From assembly GCA_964635905.1 (NCBI GenBank), contig CAZWPK010000002.1, forward strand, positions 141,621 through 205,620: a stretch of DNA of 64,000 nucleotides, in the 5' to 3' direction. Position numbers and translations under genes: made by a program. Below are positions 60,852 to 64,000 of the stretch, one piece after another (within the stretch, counting starts at the first letter, position 1; the number at the start of each line of letters is the position of its first letter). This DNA is from an uncultured Pseudomonadales bacterium (GTDB taxonomy: Bacteria > Patescibacteriota > Microgenomatia > UBA1400 > UBA12028). Below the pieces are notes generated by a model that saw only the letters and a list, made by a program, of their open reading frames with translations, was not told the DNA's origin and searched no databases.

Positions 60852-60976
60852 CCCGTATTTTCTATCCCCGAGCAGGGACAAAGAAAAAGAGACTTCAAAC
60901 GTACTTTTTCTTTGGATACCGACTTTCTTTTTTTGCCACAACACGTCGGGTCTTGCTTGGGAACACAGAGTGTTCT

Positions 60977-62863
60977 ATGTTTGCCGAGCAAAATCGTTAT
61001 CAGCCAGAGCCTACCACTCTTCCATTTAAACCGAAGCCATCGGTAGATACGTTGTCCCTTGGTGATTTTCGCCTGTCCAATTCCTACCGTGATCCCAAAG
61101 CGCCTTGGCATTATGGCATTCATAACTGGATCGAAAGTTTCAAAAAGAAACCATCACTGGCTCAACTTAGTCTCTACCGTGAACTTGAGCAACTTTTAGA
61201 GCATTCACCAGAGAAAGATTCCGTGTTGATGATCAATGCCCTGTTGGAAACAGCGCTGCACATTCTCTCGCTTCGCCAAGAAATGACCGGAGAACGCGAC
61301 ACCATCCAAATTGTAAATGCGTTTACTTGGGATGAGGCTACCCGTACCTTTGACTTTGATGTCACCGCGCTTGAAAAAAAGTTTTTACTCTATCTTCAAA
61401 AAGTCCCAGCGTCACACCGGGAAAGTTATATTCAAGAAATTGAACAGGTGTTATTTCGCTTACGATCGTTGGGAAAATTCTTGGCACCCGTTGATTTCTC
61501 ATTACCACCGGAAATGATTCAAGATCAACTAAAATTTCTAGGATTTACGCGCCAACAATTTGCCGTTACTCCCGCGCTGTTACGATACTTACCCCACCTG
61601 CGCAGTCAGATCCACTCTATTGAAGCAATTGAGTCGGTCGTCCAAGGATCATTGACCACAGAGCTCTGGGTTGGACCACGGGGACTAACCATTGCCCCAC
61701 CGCATTGGCTGCACCAACAAGGAAAGTCTTCCTTTCTATGGGCAAGTGATGTGGTCGTTTCCTTAGAAGGAAATGTTCCACAAGCTGCCATTCTTGATCA
61801 GGGGAAATTTAGTCACTCCACACTTCCCACACTGTTACGTGCGGTATCCGTCAATCAACAGGAACAACGGGTATTTACGAACAGACAAGAAATCTTAGAA
61901 TGGATGACCATTCTCACCGATGTGGCTCACATCCCTGCCCCGGTCTTTTTGGAACACCTGCTTCAACAAACCGGTGATTTTATCCCGGCCCCACCCTTTG
62001 ACGCAACGATAACGTTTGGAGAGTTATCTCTCAAAACATTTCTTACGGAGATTGAAAAAGTGTTTCAGTTTGAATGGGAACGTTGTACTGCCGATCCACG
62101 ATTCAAAGAAGGATTAGAGGATCGCTTGTTTGTGTTTGCCACATCCGTAAAACAACTCATAGCAGACAATTCCACGATGGGGTTAAAAGAAATTGGAGAG
62201 AACTATCGCAATGTCGCGTTTGCCGATTTGCCGAATGCGACGGATGCACTCTCGCTTTTAGAGCAATTTAAACAAGTTGGACTTGCACACAATCCGGCAA
62301 CATTCTCCAAGTCGTTTGACTGGAGCATGATTGACTGTGTGGCGGGAACACCGGGGAGTCTTGCCCAACAACTCCAAGGCTTTCGACCGGATGTTTCCTC
62401 GGTTTCCGGACTACAATCACTCATGGGAAATGAAAAGTTTTTAGAGCTTCAAGCAATTGAGGGGCGAAGTATTTCCAATCGTTCGGAGTTTGAACGAATC
62501 TGTCGACAGTTTAATAAAGATCCCAAGCGGTTTCCTGCAGAAAATTGGGGACTGTGTCAGTGCCCATCGTGCGCAGCCTCAAAGAATGGATTGAAAAATT
62601 ATTTAGGAGAATGTGGCTGGTGTCTCTCGTGTGAACTAAAAGATGATTATGGAATCCTCGGAGCACTCCCCGACTTGACCGCTATTCTCCCAATGGACGG
62701 TTCGACAGTAGAAGATACGGAACACCGCTCCTTAGGGCTTGGCAATTTTGTCGCCGGTCTTGCAAACCCCAAACTCTATCAGGATGTCTTTTTAATCAAA
62801 CAAGTTCTCGCTCACTTCCAGCTCTCGGAGACAGAATCCCCATCGCTGCCAATGGCGGCGTAA
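60977..62863 (+). CDS. Uncharacterised 628-aa protein with C-terminal Cys cluster
   Basis: ATG 60977 lies downstream of the riboswitch (the ORF-track start 60848 is inside it); CQCPSC and CGWCLSC; no TM or signal peptide evident. Confidence 0.75.
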   Translation: MFAEQNRYQPEPTTLPFKPKPSVDTLSLGDFRLSNSYRDPKAPWHYGIHNWIESFKKKPSLAQLSLYRELEQLLEHSPEKDSVLMINALLETALHILSLRQEMTGERDTIQIVNAFTWDEATRTFDFDVTALEKKFLLYLQKVPASHRESYIQEIEQVLFRLRSLGKFLAPVDFSLPPEMIQDQLKFLGFTRQQFAVTPALLRYLPHLRSQIHSIEAIESVVQGSLTTELWVGPRGLTIAPPHWLHQQGKSSFLWASDVVVSLEGNVPQAAILDQGKFSHSTLPTLLRAVSVNQQEQRVFTNRQEILEWMTILTDVAHIPAPVFLEHLLQQTGDFIPAPPFDATITFGELSLKTFLTEIEKVFQFEWERCTADPRFKEGLEDRLFVFATSVKQLIADNSTMGLKEIGENYRNVAFADLPNATDALSLLEQFKQVGLAHNPATFSKSFDWSMIDCVAGTPGSLAQQLQGFRPDVSSVSGLQSLMGNEKFLELQAIEGRSISNRSEFERICRQFNKDPKRFPAENWGLCQCPSCAASKNGLKNYLGECGWCLSCELKDDYGILGALPDLTAILPMDGSTVEDTEHRSLGLGNFVAGLANPKLYQDVFLIKQVLAHFQLSETESPSLPMAA

Positions 62864-62884
62864 TAATCAACTATTTTTATCTTC

Positions 62885-64000
62885 CTAAAGTCCTAAATAA
62901 ATACGATCCCCTAAATACCCTGTAACTTCCGGATGAATCACATCAAAACCGACAAAGCTTGCAGGTTTTAAAGTAAAGGAACCAAAGCGATCATTGACCT
63001 GATCAATTAACGAATAGAGTTTTTCTTGACGATGCCAGTTGGGTAATAAGTTTTGAGGGAGTTGTGCATTCGGCTGACAATCGCCGATCCACACTCCATA
63101 TTTGATCACAGGAAAAGTTCGCTTCCACTCTTTATACATTCCATCGTAGAGAAGCTCAAAGATTTCGTTGGTATGTCGGACCCAGTAACGTAGAGTTCTA
63201 TGGGCTCCCCAATACTCACTATGCCCCCACAGACTAATTCCAATTTTACGTCCCGATAAGTCCATCGCTCGCAACTTATGTGTGGCTTCTTCTAACAAGT
63301 TTAGAAGCGTACATTTGATCTGTGCTTCATTGTCACACAGCCGATACCCGGTAATGGTGCGCCCCACACTTTGTTGAAAATCAGTCTTGCGCGGATGACT
63401 AAAGAAATGCGTTTCTTCTCCTCTTCCAATCTTGCGTAATTCCGATGCCCAATGGGGACCAAAACTTGCAAGCAAGGTTGCATCATCTAATAGATTGAGT
63501 TGATAGGGATGAAAAACATTTAAGTATTCCAATTTGCGCGTGAGTCGTGCTCCGACACCACACACATCTTTGAAGGTGACTTTCAACAACACCTCATCCA
63601 GATTATCGGGGGTTATCAAGTACACACTTCCTTTTGGCGCAATTTCTCCGGCCATTTTTGCTAATAACTTATTATGCGAAATACCGACATTACACTGAAC
63701 CCATTCGCCTAACTGTTTTTGAATAGTACGTTGAATAAATTTCCCATAGAAAATGAGGTCATACTTTCCCACCTGTTGGCGGATGACTGATTCACATCCG
63801 GTTAAATCTAAAAACACTTCATCTAAGGAAAAGATGTGGACGTTTGGGGCAAGCGAAGTAAAGAGGGCTTTGAGGCGACGTGTTGCCGACAACATAATGT
63901 CAAACTGCGCTGGGACTAACGTAAGGTGGGGAGCTTTCGTAAGCGCATCCATTTTACTGGTTCCCGTTTTAATTCCTAACAATTTCGCTTCATTGGACGA
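62885..64000 (-). CDS. dinB: Y-family DNA polymerase IV (DinB-like), N-terminus beyond window
   Basis: AK.LGIKTG, SLDE.FLD, GIS.NKLLAKMA, GVG, little-finger domain. Confidence 0.9.
   Translation of the reverse strand, partial: SSNEAKLLGIKTGTSKMDALTKAPHLTLVPAQFDIMLSATRRLKALFTSLAPNVHIFSLDEVFLDLTGCESVIRQQVGKYDLIFYGKFIQRTIQKQLGEWVQCNVGISHNKLLAKMAGEIAPKGSVYLITPDNLDEVLLKVTFKDVCGVGARLTRKLEYLNVFHPYQLNLLDDATLLASFGPHWASELRKIGRGEETHFFSHPRKTDFQQSVGRTITGYRLCDNEAQIKCTLLNLLEEATHKLRAMDLSGRKIGISLWGHSEYWGAHRTLRYWVRHTNEIFELLYDGMYKEWKRTFPVIKYGVWIGDCQPNAQLPQNLLPNWHRQEKLYSLIDQVNDRFGSFTLKPASFVGFDVIHPEVTGYLGDRIYLGL

Noticed and set aside
60848-60976. 43-aa N-terminal extension of the 671-aa ORF
   Set aside because: It starts inside the riboswitch and runs through its expression platform; ATG 60977 is more plausible.

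Overview
A gene-dense bacterial window, most likely from Patescibacteria/CPR (Microgenomates-like). This assignment is an inference from gene content, the short Pgk, sortases and many Pro/Thr-linker surface proteins. About 0-26 kb is core and cell-envelope genes: ftsEX plus a coiled-coil C39-like hydrolase, prfB, tatD, secG, a MurF-like ligase, HU, a GT2/GT-C/WecA/UbiA glycan cluster, pgk and gap. tRNA-Cys is followed by a patch of orphan genes. About 30-55 kb is a surface/glycan region: a PNAG/chitin-like synthase-deacetylase operon with a catalytically dead sortase, galE, a GlmU-like NTP transferase, a sortase with its substrate, a decayed tandem-PA14 gene, a RecD/Dda-like helicase and GH-phosphatase fusion proteins. 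An IS30/recombinase relic abuts tRNA-Glu. The most notable signal is a compact cobalamin (B12) riboswitch at 60777-60851. It has its own promoter, lies directly behind a PduO-type cobalamin adenosyltransferase gene, and leads a 628-aa unrecognisable Cys-cluster protein. Other signals include several structured non-coding RNA candidates and pervasive leaderless-type promoters. All calls were made by eye from motifs; no searches were run.
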